Source: Calditrichia bacterium (GTDB lineage: Bacteria; Calditrichota; Calditrichia; JAJRVZ01). From it: DNA of 64,000 bases. Where the stretch lies: positions 1 through 64,000 of the forward strand of contig CAWCNS010000003.1 in the NCBI GenBank assembly GCA_963796965.1, in the 5' to 3' direction. The notes under the pieces are model-generated. The model worked only from the letters and a program-made list of their open reading frames with translations, was not told where the DNA came from and searched no databases. This document shows positions 37,654 through 48,201 of this stretch, one piece after another (the stretch's first letter is position 1; every line of letters begins with the position of its first letter). The position numbers were made by a program, and so were the translations under genes.

Positions 37654-39990
37654 TCAAGGTTTTATGGCTAAATCGATGACTTCGTCAATATCTTTAACAA
37701 ATTTAAAATTTATATCTTTAATATTTTTCTTGGGGATTTCCTCCAGATCTTTGCGATTTTTCTCAGGCATTATAATTGTCTCGATACCTGCCCTTCTGGC
37801 TGCCAAGACTTTTTCCTTTATGCCCCCGACTGGCAAGACCATTCCCCGTAGCGTTATTTCACCTGTCATAGCCAGATTGTCTTTTATACATTTATCACTA
37901 AAAAGTGAATACAACGCAGTAAAGATCGTGATTCCAGCTGATGGTCCATCCTTAGGTACGGCACCTGCCGGCACATGAATATGAACATCATATTTTTGGT
38001 AGAATTCCGGATCAATATTAAATTTTTGGCTATTAGACCTAAGATAACTTCGTGCCGCGGAGGCTGATTCCTTCATCACATCGCCAAGTTTACCTGTCAG
38101 ATTAAGCTCTCCTTTTCCATGCATTTTTGAGGCTTCAATAAAAAGAATATCACCGCCCACGGGGGTCCAGGCTAATCCCGTAGCCACACCTGGTCGTGAT
38201 GTCCTCTCCGCTATCTCAGAATAAAACTTCTCCGGACCGAGATATTTTGAAACGTGGTTCGCCGTAATTTTTTTCGATATTGTCTTGTTTTCAACAATTT
38301 CCCTTGCCACGCCTCTAATTATTGAGGCCATTTCCCTTTCCAGATTTCGCACACCTGCTTCACGGGTATAATGCTGAATGGTTTTTTGAACTGCTTTCTT
38401 TGTTAAATCAAGCTGATCCTGGGTTACACCGTGGGCATTCAGTTGTTTCGGGATGAGATATCGTTCAGCAATCTGTAGTTTTTCCTCTTCCGTATAACCA
38501 TTTATTTCTATGATCTCCATGCGGTCCTTTAATGCAGGTGGTATGGGATCTGGTATATTAGCCGTGGCAATAAACATCACCTTTGAAAGGTCAAAGGGTA
38601 CTTCAAGATAATGATCGGTAAAAGAAAAATTCTGTTCAGGGTCCAGAACCTCCAACAATGCAGAAGATGGATCTCCACGAAAGTCCATACCAAGTTTGTC
38701 AATCTCATCTAACATGATCAAAGGATTATTTGAATTTAGTTTTTTTATTTCCTGGATAATACGTCCAGGTAGAGCCCCGACATAGGTTCTTCTATGTCCC
38801 CGGATCTCCGCCTCATCTCTCACACCACCGAGAGACATACGGGAGAACTTCCGACCAAGCGCTCTGGCGATGGAACGGCCGAGGCTTGTTTTTCCAACTC
38901 CGGGAGGGCCAACAAAACAAAGAATCGGGCCTTTCATATCTGACTTCAACTGTCTTATTGCCAAATACTCTAAAATACGTTTCTTAACTTTTTCTAATCC
39001 ATAATGATCTTCATCAAGGATTTCTTCTGCCTTTTTGACATCAAGCCTGTCACGGGTTTTTTTACTCCATGGCATCTCTAGCAACCAGTCAATATATGTG
39101 CGCGATACAGTATATTCACTGGCCATCGGAGACATTCTCGCTAATCTGTTCAACTCTTTTTCTGCAACCTTATGGACATCTTTTGGCATTTTAATTTCTG
39201 CCAATTTTTCACGAAGATCTTCCATCTCAGTACTCTCATCTTCGTACTCACCTAACTCCTTCTTTATAGCCTTCATTTGCTCGCGAAGATAATATTGTCT
39301 TTGTGTCTTATTGAGTTCACCCTGCACCTCGCTTTGGATCTTGGATCCTAACTCCAGCACTTGTAATTCTTTATTGAGTAAATAATGAACTTTTTCCAGA
39401 CGCTCTTTAACATCTGTTATTTCTAAAATTTGTTGTTTCTCACTTACAGGGAAATTTACCTGGGAAGCAATTATATCTGTCAATTTTCCCGGATCCTCCG
39501 TATTCAACACCATTACCCGATGTTCACCAGTTAAATAGGGAGAAAGATCGACAATTTTTTGAAATAGCATTTTCAGATTATTAACAAGGGCTTCCACCTT
39601 GACAGTTTGTTTAATATACTCTTGAGCGGGCAAAACTGTCGCTTCAATATGCGGTTCAAACTGTTTATATTCGAGTACTTTAAATCTATAAATTCCTTGA
39701 ACTATCAGCTGTTCACTACCATCGGGCATTTTAAATTTCTTGAGGATCATCGCTGCCGTACCCCATTCATACAAATCTTTGGGTTTTGGTTCCTCAAGAT
39801 TTCCATCCATCTGGGAGACCAAACCAATCACCTTCGTCTCTTCATCTAAATACTTAAGAAGGTTTAGCGATTTTTCCCTGCCAACAGCTAAAGGAATAAC
39901 CTGGTGAGGGAATACAACCGTGTTGCGCAAAGGCATTACAGGTAATACTTCAGACATTGTGACTTCTTCCGGTTCAGATTTATGCGTCAT
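37654..39990 (-). CDS. lon: ATP-dependent Lon protease
   Basis: LPVMPLRNTVVFP, DHYGLEKVK.RI.EY, GPPGVGKTS, RGHRRTYVGALPG, PKDGPSAG, GGIKEK. Confidence 0.98.
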   Translation of the reverse strand: MTHKSEPEEVTMSEVLPVMPLRNTVVFPHQVIPLAVGREKSLNLLKYLDEETKVIGLVSQMDGNLEEPKPKDLYEWGTAAMILKKFKMPDGSEQLIVQGIYRFKVLEYKQFEPHIEATVLPAQEYIKQTVKVEALVNNLKMLFQKIVDLSPYLTGEHRVMVLNTEDPGKLTDIIASQVNFPVSEKQQILEITDVKERLEKVHYLLNKELQVLELGSKIQSEVQGELNKTQRQYYLREQMKAIKKELGEYEDESTEMEDLREKLAEIKMPKDVHKVAEKELNRLARMSPMASEYTVSRTYIDWLLEMPWSKKTRDRLDVKKAEEILDEDHYGLEKVKKRILEYLAIRQLKSDMKGPILCFVGPPGVGKTSLGRSIARALGRKFSRMSLGGVRDEAEIRGHRRTYVGALPGRIIQEIKKLNSNNPLIMLDEIDKLGMDFRGDPSSALLEVLDPEQNFSFTDHYLEVPFDLSKVMFIATANIPDPIPPALKDRMEIIEINGYTEEEKLQIAERYLIPKQLNAHGVTQDQLDLTKKAVQKTIQHYTREAGVRNLEREMASIIRGVAREIVENKTISKKITANHVSKYLGPEKFYSEIAERTSRPGVATGLAWTPVGGDILFIEASKMHGKGELNLTGKLGDVMKESASAARSYLRSNSQKFNIDPEFYQKYDVHIHVPAGAVPKDGPSAGITIFTALYSLFSDKCIKDNLAMTGEITLRGMVLPVGGIKEKVLAARRAGIETIIMPEKNRKDLEEIPKKNIKDINFKFVKDIDEVIDLAIKP

Positions 39991-40163
39991 ACTTAACTCC
40001 TGGTTTTCTCAGCATCTGTAAGGAGCAAAATTGATGCCAATGCATCGCTGAAGGCATTAACTCTAATATTTACAACCACTAAGATAATTTTATAAATTTT
40101 GGCTTCTTCTCTTATTCTGCCATCATGACAGATCAAAATAAGATTGTTACTACTACAATTAAC

Positions 40164-40260
40164 TGATGTGATGGTTAACACATCATATGAAGCTAATTTT
40201 CCTCAAATTATGTCCGGGAACAGATAAAAATACTTATTCAATAATAAAAGTACTTTTATT
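40164..40260. promoter_or_regulatory. Candidate transcription-factor sites in the divergent lon/lipoprotein spacer
   Basis: tgatgtg-N8-cacatca (40164-40185), containing TGTGA-N6-ACACA; perfect palindrome aataaaagtacttttatt (40243-40260). Confidence 0.4.
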
Positions 40261-40306
40261 TTGCACATCTCCAATTTAACAAACTTTTTCGTGAAAGGAG
40301 TATATA

Positions 40307-41719
40307 ATGACAAAATTAATTATCAAATCATTGGTGATAGGTATATTTTTTACATTCATCGCCTGTCAAAAAAGTACAGATCCTGGTGAGAACAACCTGG
40401 AGCTCGACGCATCGTTTGAAGAACAGGCCGCCGTAGGATGGGAAATTAATGATCTGGTCCTTAGCAGCAATGAAATTACAGAACTCACAGGAGATGCTAA
40501 TTATATTGAAGATGATGATATCTCAGAATACACCAGCTTAATGAAACTTAAATCGGTGGGCAAAGAATTAACTATGGTAGCTCAGGAATATCTGTTGGGA
40601 GAAAAATTATTCTTTAAACCTACCACAGACTCACTTATATATTTTCATGAGAATAAAGTTCTTGGAATCAGAGAGGCTCTCTTCTACAATTCTACAACTT
40701 CACTGGCAAGATTTTATCGGGTCAAGTATAAGTTTCTTTTGTTGAGAAATATTACTTATGACTCCACTCAAATTGTATTTGATTTAAACCAAACACCCGA
40801 TGATAATTCCGACGACTTACTTAAGAATATTTTTCATGAGCAATTGTTCAATGAATCTTTCTTTATTAATTTGGTTACCGAGACATTGGAAATCACCTCA
40901 TATCAAGGAACAGAACCCTCTGCCTTTACCGCTGTTTCAGATGTTTACTATACCAATACCTTTATTGTAAGTCATTTAAAGAGATCAATTGTAGTCAATG
41001 ATGATGAGTCTGGAACACTCCGTGAAGATTCCTTTTTCAAGGATGGAACCTCCTCCTACAGAACGGTCACATTTAGATCTGATCAAAATGGAGAATTTGA
41101 AAAGCAATTCCGAGATGGCACGATGGTTTCGGGCACGTTCGATTCCGCAAAAGATGACCTGGAAGGCTACTTTACAGAAACAATTGATTTTCCTGAAGGA
41201 AGATATCTGGATAAAATATTTAAATCAGCATCTGTTATAATTGAATTACCTGACTCAATATTTTCTGCTGCTTTTTCAAAAATCATATATTTCTCAGACA
41301 GTAGGATTGATTCTGCAAACATAGGGATAAAAGTACAAAATATAGATGGGCTCAAAACTACAACCCTTACGGCAAAAAAACCCAATGGTGCTTTTGGTAC
41401 CCTAACCATATCCGAGTCTACCAGCGGAAGTTCCGTCACAGGAAATTGGACGACCTGGAATGAGTATTATATTTTGTTAAGAGCAGATTACTACCTGGAT
41501 GGGTCAGCCCATATTCATTATGATGTCTATCAATCTGAAAGCACCTACTTAAATGGTGGTTCACCCCTATTGACGGCTGATTATTACCTCTCTCCCGACC
41601 AGACTGGTGAAGGATTGTTGACCATAGATAACATCTTATATAAAATAAACTTTAAGCAATATGGAAAGGCAATTGTTTCGAGGGATGGAAACTCAAAGGA
41701 GATAAATCTATATAGATGA
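40307..41719 (+). CDS. Hypothetical beta-rich lipoprotein
   Basis: AAGGAG RBS, lipobox FIAC, 470 aa, Ser/Thr/aromatic-rich. Confidence 0.85.
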   Translation: MTKLIIKSLVIGIFFTFIACQKSTDPGENNLELDASFEEQAAVGWEINDLVLSSNEITELTGDANYIEDDDISEYTSLMKLKSVGKELTMVAQEYLLGEKLFFKPTTDSLIYFHENKVLGIREALFYNSTTSLARFYRVKYKFLLLRNITYDSTQIVFDLNQTPDDNSDDLLKNIFHEQLFNESFFINLVTETLEITSYQGTEPSAFTAVSDVYYTNTFIVSHLKRSIVVNDDESGTLREDSFFKDGTSSYRTVTFRSDQNGEFEKQFRDGTMVSGTFDSAKDDLEGYFTETIDFPEGRYLDKIFKSASVIIELPDSIFSAAFSKIIYFSDSRIDSANIGIKVQNIDGLKTTTLTAKKPNGAFGTLTISESTSGSSVTGNWTTWNEYYILLRADYYLDGSAHIHYDVYQSESTYLNGGSPLLTADYYLSPDQTGEGLLTIDNILYKINFKQYGKAIVSRDGNSKEINLYR

Positions 41720-41832
41720 CTCTTTACAGATCTTTCACTGAGGGGTAAATCAAGTTCATCGTGTATTGGATCTGTAACAGATTATTAAGAGTTTTTATAA
41801 AGAAGGCAACATATACCGATTGAGAATATAGA

Positions 41833-41926
41833 ATTGGCCACAGACTGACACTGTCTTTTATAAGATTAACTTTAATTCATTTATCCAATAAAATTCAGAG
41901 AAGTTCTTCGAAAGTCTGTGGCCAAT
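41833..41926. repeat. 14-bp perfect inverted repeat with 66-bp spacer
   Basis: attggccacagact (41833-41846) / agtctgtggccaat (41913-41926), between convergent genes. Confidence 0.75.
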
Positions 41927-41956
41927 ATAAATCTTCATAAGCCTTATTTACTATTT

Positions 41957-44364
41957 CTAACTATCCAGAACTTCCCGCACCTTTCTCAGCATCTCCAACG
42001 GTGTAAAGGGCTTTTGGATAAATAGAATATCGGGATCCAGAACATGACGCTCAGAAAACATTTCTTCTGAGTATCCGGAGATAAACATCACTTTCATTTG
42101 GGGTTGAAGCGGTTTAAGTCTTTCAACCAATTCCTGACCATTCATTTGGGGCATAACCAAATCTGAAATAATTAGATCGATTTTTCCAGGATTTTTTTCA
42201 CAGGTAAGAAGAGCGCTTCCGCCATGAGGAGATTCCAATACATTATAGCCATAAAACTTAAGAGATTCCATAATTACTGTCTCACTTCACCCTGATCTTC
42301 AACCACCAGGATTGTCTCATCACCAGTGAGTTTATTATCTGCCACAGCTGCCTTCTTATCAGAGTCAAGAGGTCCGTCAACGCGAGGGAAATATAAATTA
42401 AACGTTGTACCTTTATTCGGCTCACTATCCACATAGATATAACCACCACTCTGTTTTATAATACCGTAAACGGTTGCCAATCCAAGTCCGGTTCCTTCTC
42501 CTTTATCTTTTGTCGTGAAAAAAGGCTCAAATATATGGGCCTGAGTTTCCTCATCCATCCCTAACCCTGTGTCAGATAAACTTATCCTCACATATCTACC
42601 CACTTCTGCTTCCGGATAGATTTTAATAAATTCCTCATCCAGGGTCACATTATGACTGTCAATAGCCATCTTTCCACCTTGCTTCATGGCATCACGGGCA
42701 TTAACAGCCAGATTCATAATTACTTGTTCTATCTGTCCGCGATCAGCTTTTATCTTACCCAGACTTTTATTCAGATTTACATTAAATTCAATATCAGCAC
42801 CTATCAACCGTTGTAACATATCTCTCATATCGTTTATCAGGTTATTAAGATCAATAACCCGGGGTTGCATAATCTGCTTTCGACTAAATGCTAAAAGTTG
42901 GCGGGTTAGAGCTTCCGCACGACTGGCTGCATGATTAATCTGTTTAATTTGCTCTACAATGGGATCATTAACATTAATCTTTGCCAACAGCAATTCACTA
43001 TATCCCTGGATTACGGTTAGCAGATTGTTAAAGTCATGTGCAACACCACCAGCTAATTTTCCTATTGCCTCTAATTTTTGTGATTGCTGTAGTTGCGTTT
43101 CAAGGTGTTTTCTATCGGTGATGTCAGTCGCGACACCAATCAACGCAATCGGATATCCACTTTGTTCATAAATCACAGCTGTTGATAGATGTACCGGAAA
43201 CTCTGATCCATCTTTTCTTTTATTTACAATCTCGCCTTTCCATCCACCTTTAAGTGATTCTGGAAGAATGTTTTTATATAGATCTTCTGAACTATCCGCC
43301 CCTCTAACGATTGAGATGGATTGACCCATCAATTCATTTCTCTTATAACCATAAGTATTACAGAACGCATCATTTACAAAAGTGATTGTGTTTTCCAGAT
43401 CCGTTACACATACAGATTCACTAATTGATCTCAAAGCCTGACCCAGAACAGTCATTTCATCTTCTGTCCTCTTCCTCTCTGTAATATCCCGGGCAATACC
43501 CTGCGTACCTAAAAATGTTTTTTCAAGAGGATGATCAGTTGCATAGATGCCTTCTGCTTCAAGAAGAAATACAGGTTGCATGGGCACAGCCTCAGAGCGG
43601 TCTTCAAAAAACACCGCTCGACCCTCTGCCGTCATCAGCCGTATCTCAAAAGACTTTGTTCTTCTTTCTCCTGTTCGCCTTTCATTAATCCTATAGACAG
43701 ATTTCTCTTTATCCTCAGGATGGACCAAATCTAGTATATTCGTACCCAATAAATCCTCGGGTTTATAGCCGTAACGTAGAACCGCATCACTAATAAATGT
43801 TATTTTACCCTTTGGATTTAACCTGTATATAACATCGGGAATCGACTTAAGAATAGAATCTAACCGTACTTCAGAGTCATGAAGCGCTTGTTCAATTTTC
43901 TCCCGGTCGGTAATATCTCTCGATACGACGATAATATTTTCAATATCTCCACTCAAACCACGAATTACATTCCCTTGTGATTCAATAAAGCGTATATCTC
44001 CATTTTCCGAGATCATTCTGTATTCGGCCCTCTGACCGCTACCACTCTTAATCGTATTGTCAAAAATAGATTTAATCTTCTCTTTATCATCTGGGTGGAT
44101 TTCACGAAATGAATCAGTACCTTTTAATTTTTCTGGATCTCCAAGAATATTCGCATAGGATTTACTGTTATATACCCGTCGTCCTTTCAGATCCAGGATG
44201 GCAATTAAATCAGAGACATTTTCTGTGATCATTTGGAGAATCTGGTTTTTCTCATTGACTATCTCCAAATTTGATCCTGATGTACTAAATCCAGACCTGG
44301 CTTCTAGTTGTTTCTCTAAGTCTTCAATTCTTGATATTAGTTCTCGCTTTGTCTTATTTATCAC
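41957..44364 (-). CDS. Cytoplasmic hybrid histidine kinase (3 PAS-HisKA-HATPase-REC); REC split by a 1-bp frameshift at ~42272-42276
   Basis: AHDFNNLL H-box, NLAVNARDAM, DTG.GM, FEPFFTTK..G.GTGLGL; REC starts ILVVED and continues in the 104-aa ORF (SDLVMP, SGY, KPF). Confidence 0.92.
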
Positions 44365-44531
44365 AACACACTCCAGACCCAATCGGGAAATTCATTTTCT
44401 ATAAACTTTAAAATGGTTAACAACCAACATTAATGATAATACAACCCGCATATCTATTATCGGTCTGTTTTAGAATTTTTAAATCTATATTATAAATATA
44501 TATGTTGAATTTTTTGAACGGTGGGAAATAA

Positions 44532-45020
44532 TCAGTCCATTTTTATCAAGGTAGGATTTTGAATAAAACGTCCCCAATATCTGTTATACGTATGAATTTG
44601 ATGTGTTTGGGTTGTATCCTTATAGAGCGGAAGACCTTGATTAGCCCAATTGAAGATGCCGCCGAAGAGATTTTTTACATTTTTATAACCATGTTCTTTA
44701 AGCATGATCCCAATCTTGCTGCTTCGATAACCTACGGAACAATAAACGACAATCTCATCTTCCTGGTCAATACCTTCAAGACGTGCGAGATCAAAATCAT
44801 CATACCCAACCCATATTGCTGATTCGATTCTGGAAATGCTATACTCCTCAATTTCACGGGTATCCAATAATATTACTGCTTTAGTATTAAGAGAATCTGA
44901 TTCAATCTGCTCTATCTCAAAATCACGTGCTAGTTCCTGCAAATAGGTTTCAAATTCATTATCGATCTGTCCATACGCATAAACTGCCAAAACAAGCAGA
45001 TTTAATAAAATTTTAGGCAT
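44532..45020 (-). CDS. Exported rhodanese-like protein
   Basis: LLDTRE.EEY..S.I, active-site loop YCSVGYRS, NLFGGIFNW; ATG 45020 gives signal-like MPKILLNLLVLAVYAYG. Confidence 0.85.
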   Translation of the reverse strand: MPKILLNLLVLAVYAYGQIDNEFETYLQELARDFEIEQIESDSLNTKAVILLDTREIEEYSISRIESAIWVGYDDFDLARLEGIDQEDEIVVYCSVGYRSSKIGIMLKEHGYKNVKNLFGGIFNWANQGLPLYKDTTQTHQIHTYNRYWGRFIQNPTLIKMD

Positions 45021-45234
45021 CTTTCTGTGCCCTTTGCTTCCTAATTCCAATAAAAATAAATGCAGCAGGTAAAACTGCATGCAAAACCAAATCGAAAACA
45101 TCCATCCCTGAAAAAGTTGACCAAAATTCATATTCCGGATGTGAAAAATAATCCCATAGCATACCTAATTTTTGTTTGAGATGTGGATGGAAAATAAGAG
45201 CTGCCCCTATCAGATAAAAAATCCAGTAACTCAT
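45013..45234 (-). CDS. Small membrane protein (73 aa)
   Basis: Two hydrophobic segments with PHL..KL and D.FDL.LH; starts 3 bp after the U32 gene and overlaps the rhodanese start. Confidence 0.7.
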   Translation of the reverse strand: MSYWIFYLIGAALIFHPHLKQKLGMLWDYFSHPEYEFWSTFSGMDVFDLVLHAVLPAAFIFIGIRKQRAQKDA

Positions 45235-45237
45235 TAC

Positions 45238-46584
45238 TTATACCTCTAAATTTTTAATTTTATTCTCAAGTGATTTCTCCTCAGTGATACCGATTCGTTT
45301 ACGAATTAGAGAATATTTGTCAATATCCTCCGGAACCCGAATACAAACATCTATCCCACCCCCATGAGCTACTGTTATAGATTTTCCGGCCTCAGTTGAA
45401 AGATTTTCTATAATAAATGACGTTGTGCCTGAAGGGTGAACGGCTTCAACTCTTTCTCCGACTTCAATCCGGTTTCGGACCGATATGACAGCCATACCAT
45501 TTTCAGGATTATAGCTTTTTATCTTTGCACAGAATTTAAAGGTTTGTATATCGGAACTGCCTGATTCAAAATTTTCTCCAAATTGGCGGGGATTTTTTTC
45601 CAGAAAACCTGTAATATAGCCTCGATTGGCCACAGTAAACATTTCTTGCTCAAGGTCCTTATCAAAGGGCTTGCCATTCTTTAAGTCATCGATTGCCTTA
45701 CGATAGGCACGGGTAATAATACTTAGATAATAAATCGATTTACTCCGACCCTCAATTTTAAAACTGTCTACACCTGCTTCGGCCAAACGGTCGAGAAGTG
45801 TGATGGTACATAGATCTTTCGCATTCATGATATAAGTACCATTTTCATCTTCATCAACAGGGAGGAACTGTCCGGGACGCTCATTCTCTTCCAAATAATA
45901 ATTATCTTCTAAAGGTTCATAATGAGTTTCATCGGGGAAATCTTTTCCTGTATATATCTTATAATTCCAGCGACAACTATGCGTGCAAGTACCCTGATTA
46001 GGATCACGGTGAGTAAAATAGTTTGATAGAAGACACCTACCGGAATAGGCAACACAAATAGCCCCGTGGACAAAAGATTCCAGTTCGATATCAGGTACCC
46101 GCTGTCTGATCTCAGCTATCTCATCTATCGAAAGCTCCCTTGACAGGATAATACGGCTTACACCCTGCTCGCGCCAAAATTTCACTGAGGCCCAGTTAAC
46201 TGTATTGGCCTGCGTGGATAAGTGCAATGGTATCGAAGGACAATATTTTTTACTCATATAGATAATTCCCGGGTCAGAAACAATGATCGCATCAGGCTTT
46301 AAATGAGCCATCCATTCCAGGGATTCCTTGAAAGAATCTAATTTTCGATTATGAGGAAAGATATTAAGTGTAAGATAGATCTTCTTATCATATTTTCGGG
46401 AGAGTGTAATTGCTTCCTCAACAAGTGCATTGTCAAAATCGTTTTCCCGTGCACGGAGAGAGAACCGTGGCACACCGGCATAAACAGCATCTGCCCCATA
46501 AGCAAACGCATAATTTAGCTTCTCAAGATCTCCTGCCGGGGCAAGTAGTTCTATGTTTTTACCCATTGATTTCCTTTCCATCAA
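45238..46584 (-). CDS. trhP: Peptidase U32 family, TrhP/YegQ-like tRNA hydroxylation protein
   Basis: ELLAPAG, GADAVYAG.PRFSLRAR, HLSTQAN, ESFVHGAIC.AYSGRCLLS, NQGTC..SCRW.Y, KIEGR. Confidence 0.85.
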   Translation of the reverse strand: MMERKSMGKNIELLAPAGDLEKLNYAFAYGADAVYAGVPRFSLRARENDFDNALVEEAITLSRKYDKKIYLTLNIFPHNRKLDSFKESLEWMAHLKPDAIIVSDPGIIYMSKKYCPSIPLHLSTQANTVNWASVKFWREQGVSRIILSRELSIDEIAEIRQRVPDIELESFVHGAICVAYSGRCLLSNYFTHRDPNQGTCTHSCRWNYKIYTGKDFPDETHYEPLEDNYYLEENERPGQFLPVDEDENGTYIMNAKDLCTITLLDRLAEAGVDSFKIEGRSKSIYYLSIITRAYRKAIDDLKNGKPFDKDLEQEMFTVANRGYITGFLEKNPRQFGENFESGSSDIQTFKFCAKIKSYNPENGMAVISVRNRIEVGERVEAVHPSGTTSFIIENLSTEAGKSITVAHGGGIDVCIRVPEDIDKYSLIRKRIGITEEKSLENKIKNLEV

Positions 46585-46708
46585 TTCTCAAATATAGCAA
46601 GGAATCAGGGGCATACCAAGACAATAACATTCTTCCACTTATAATTTCTTCATTCTTTTTCACTTGAATTCTATAGATCCACCATATATATTAAATTCAA
46701 ATGATTAG

Positions 46709-48151
46709 ATGGCAGATATTATGAATCAAAAATTTACTGATCTAAGTTTTCTTAGTACCTCGGATAATCGCCTGGTCTATATTCTGGATACAAATGTCGT
46801 TCTCCACGAACCTGCTTCCATCTTCCGCTTTGAAGAACATTTTGTTTTAATCCCTTTTAGTGTAATTGAGGAAATTGATGCTAAAAAAAGTGATGCTGGC
46901 ATCGGCTACAATTCACGGGATATCAGTCAAAAGCTGGAGATGTTGAGTGCGCGCCAAGAAGATGATACACCGGTTTCAATACCAAATGGAAAAAATGGGC
47001 AATTGGCATTTATAGCGGGTTATGTTTCAGATCTTATCCCAAAAGAAATGGATCTTGGGTACCGGGACAATCTGATGGTGGCACAAGTACTGGGCTTGAA
47101 AGATTCATATCCACATAGAGAATTTATTTTTGTTACTAAGGATCGCAATCTGCGAATTAAATGCATGGCTCTGGGGATAAATACAGAAGACTATAAACAT
47201 GATCAGATCAGCGAGGAATACCTGGCCAGTTTTTTTCAGAAAACACAGGAAGTAAATTTAAGTGTCGAAGAAATAAACGATGTTTTTACAACAAAGGACC
47301 GAAATAAATGGAATGTACCCTATCGCAAGAAGTGGCGACTGCGTGAAAATGAAGGCGTTGTTCTATATGATCCAAGTGGAGATTTATTCGGCCTTGGAAT
47401 TCGTAAAGGTGATCGTCTCACTTATCTCGATTATCATGCCATAAAGGTATTAGGTATGCCTCCAAAAGTACTGGATGATGAAAATTATACCTATAATTTT
47501 GAACAGGCCATTTGTATGCAGCAGGCGATGGATGACGAAATAAAAGTGCAGATAATTATTGGTAGGGCTGGAACTGGTAAAACTCATATTGCTATGGCTG
47601 CAGCCTTGGAGAAAGTATTCAAAGAAAAAAAGTACGAGACTATAAAATTAATCAAGCCTATTGTCACCAAAAGCCGTTTGGGGGAGGATATTGGATTTCT
47701 CCCTGGATCTCTCAGACGAAAATTGATTCCAAAAATGCGGCCATTTATAGAGAAATTACGCCAATTTAGTGATGATGATTCTCTCGAGAATGAAACCGGT
47801 TACCAAAAGCTGTTGGACTCTGGCATTGTTGAATTAATAAATCTGGCCGATGTTCGTGGTGCAGACCTTTCCGGTTCATTTATCATTTTTGACGAAGCAC
47901 AAAATGCAAATCCTTTCCAAATGCGAACGCTTGGTACCCGACTGGGTGAAAATACAAAATTAATTGTATTGGGTGATCCTACCCAAATCGATAGTATCTA
48001 CTTAGATAAGTACTCCAACGCATTAATCAATTTATATCTAAATGCCATCAATCACCCCGAACCATTTCTTGCCCAGGTTTGTCTTATCCAAATGGTCCGT
48101 TCTCATACCTCGCGCTGGTTTGAAGAAGTTATCCAATCTGATAGACATTAA
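46709..48151 (+). CDS. PIN-PhoH (PhoH2-type) protein
   Basis: PIN motifs LDTNV, EEID, D.N, TKD.NLRIK; ATPase GRAGTGKT, GFLPG, DEAQN, TRLGE, GDPTQID. Confidence 0.92.
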   Translation: MADIMNQKFTDLSFLSTSDNRLVYILDTNVVLHEPASIFRFEEHFVLIPFSVIEEIDAKKSDAGIGYNSRDISQKLEMLSARQEDDTPVSIPNGKNGQLAFIAGYVSDLIPKEMDLGYRDNLMVAQVLGLKDSYPHREFIFVTKDRNLRIKCMALGINTEDYKHDQISEEYLASFFQKTQEVNLSVEEINDVFTTKDRNKWNVPYRKKWRLRENEGVVLYDPSGDLFGLGIRKGDRLTYLDYHAIKVLGMPPKVLDDENYTYNFEQAICMQQAMDDEIKVQIIIGRAGTGKTHIAMAAALEKVFKEKKYETIKLIKPIVTKSRLGEDIGFLPGSLRRKLIPKMRPFIEKLRQFSDDDSLENETGYQKLLDSGIVELINLADVRGADLSGSFIIFDEAQNANPFQMRTLGTRLGENTKLIVLGDPTQIDSIYLDKYSNALINLYLNAINHPEPFLAQVCLIQMVRSHTSRWFEEVIQSDRH

Positions 48152-48201
48152 TATAATTAAATTAAACCAGGACCACATTTAATCTCAAGAAAGATCCGAT
48201 A

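Noticed and set aside
39993..40181. 62-aa ORF upstream of lon
   Set aside because: No RBS or motif; overlaps the lon RBS and promoter region
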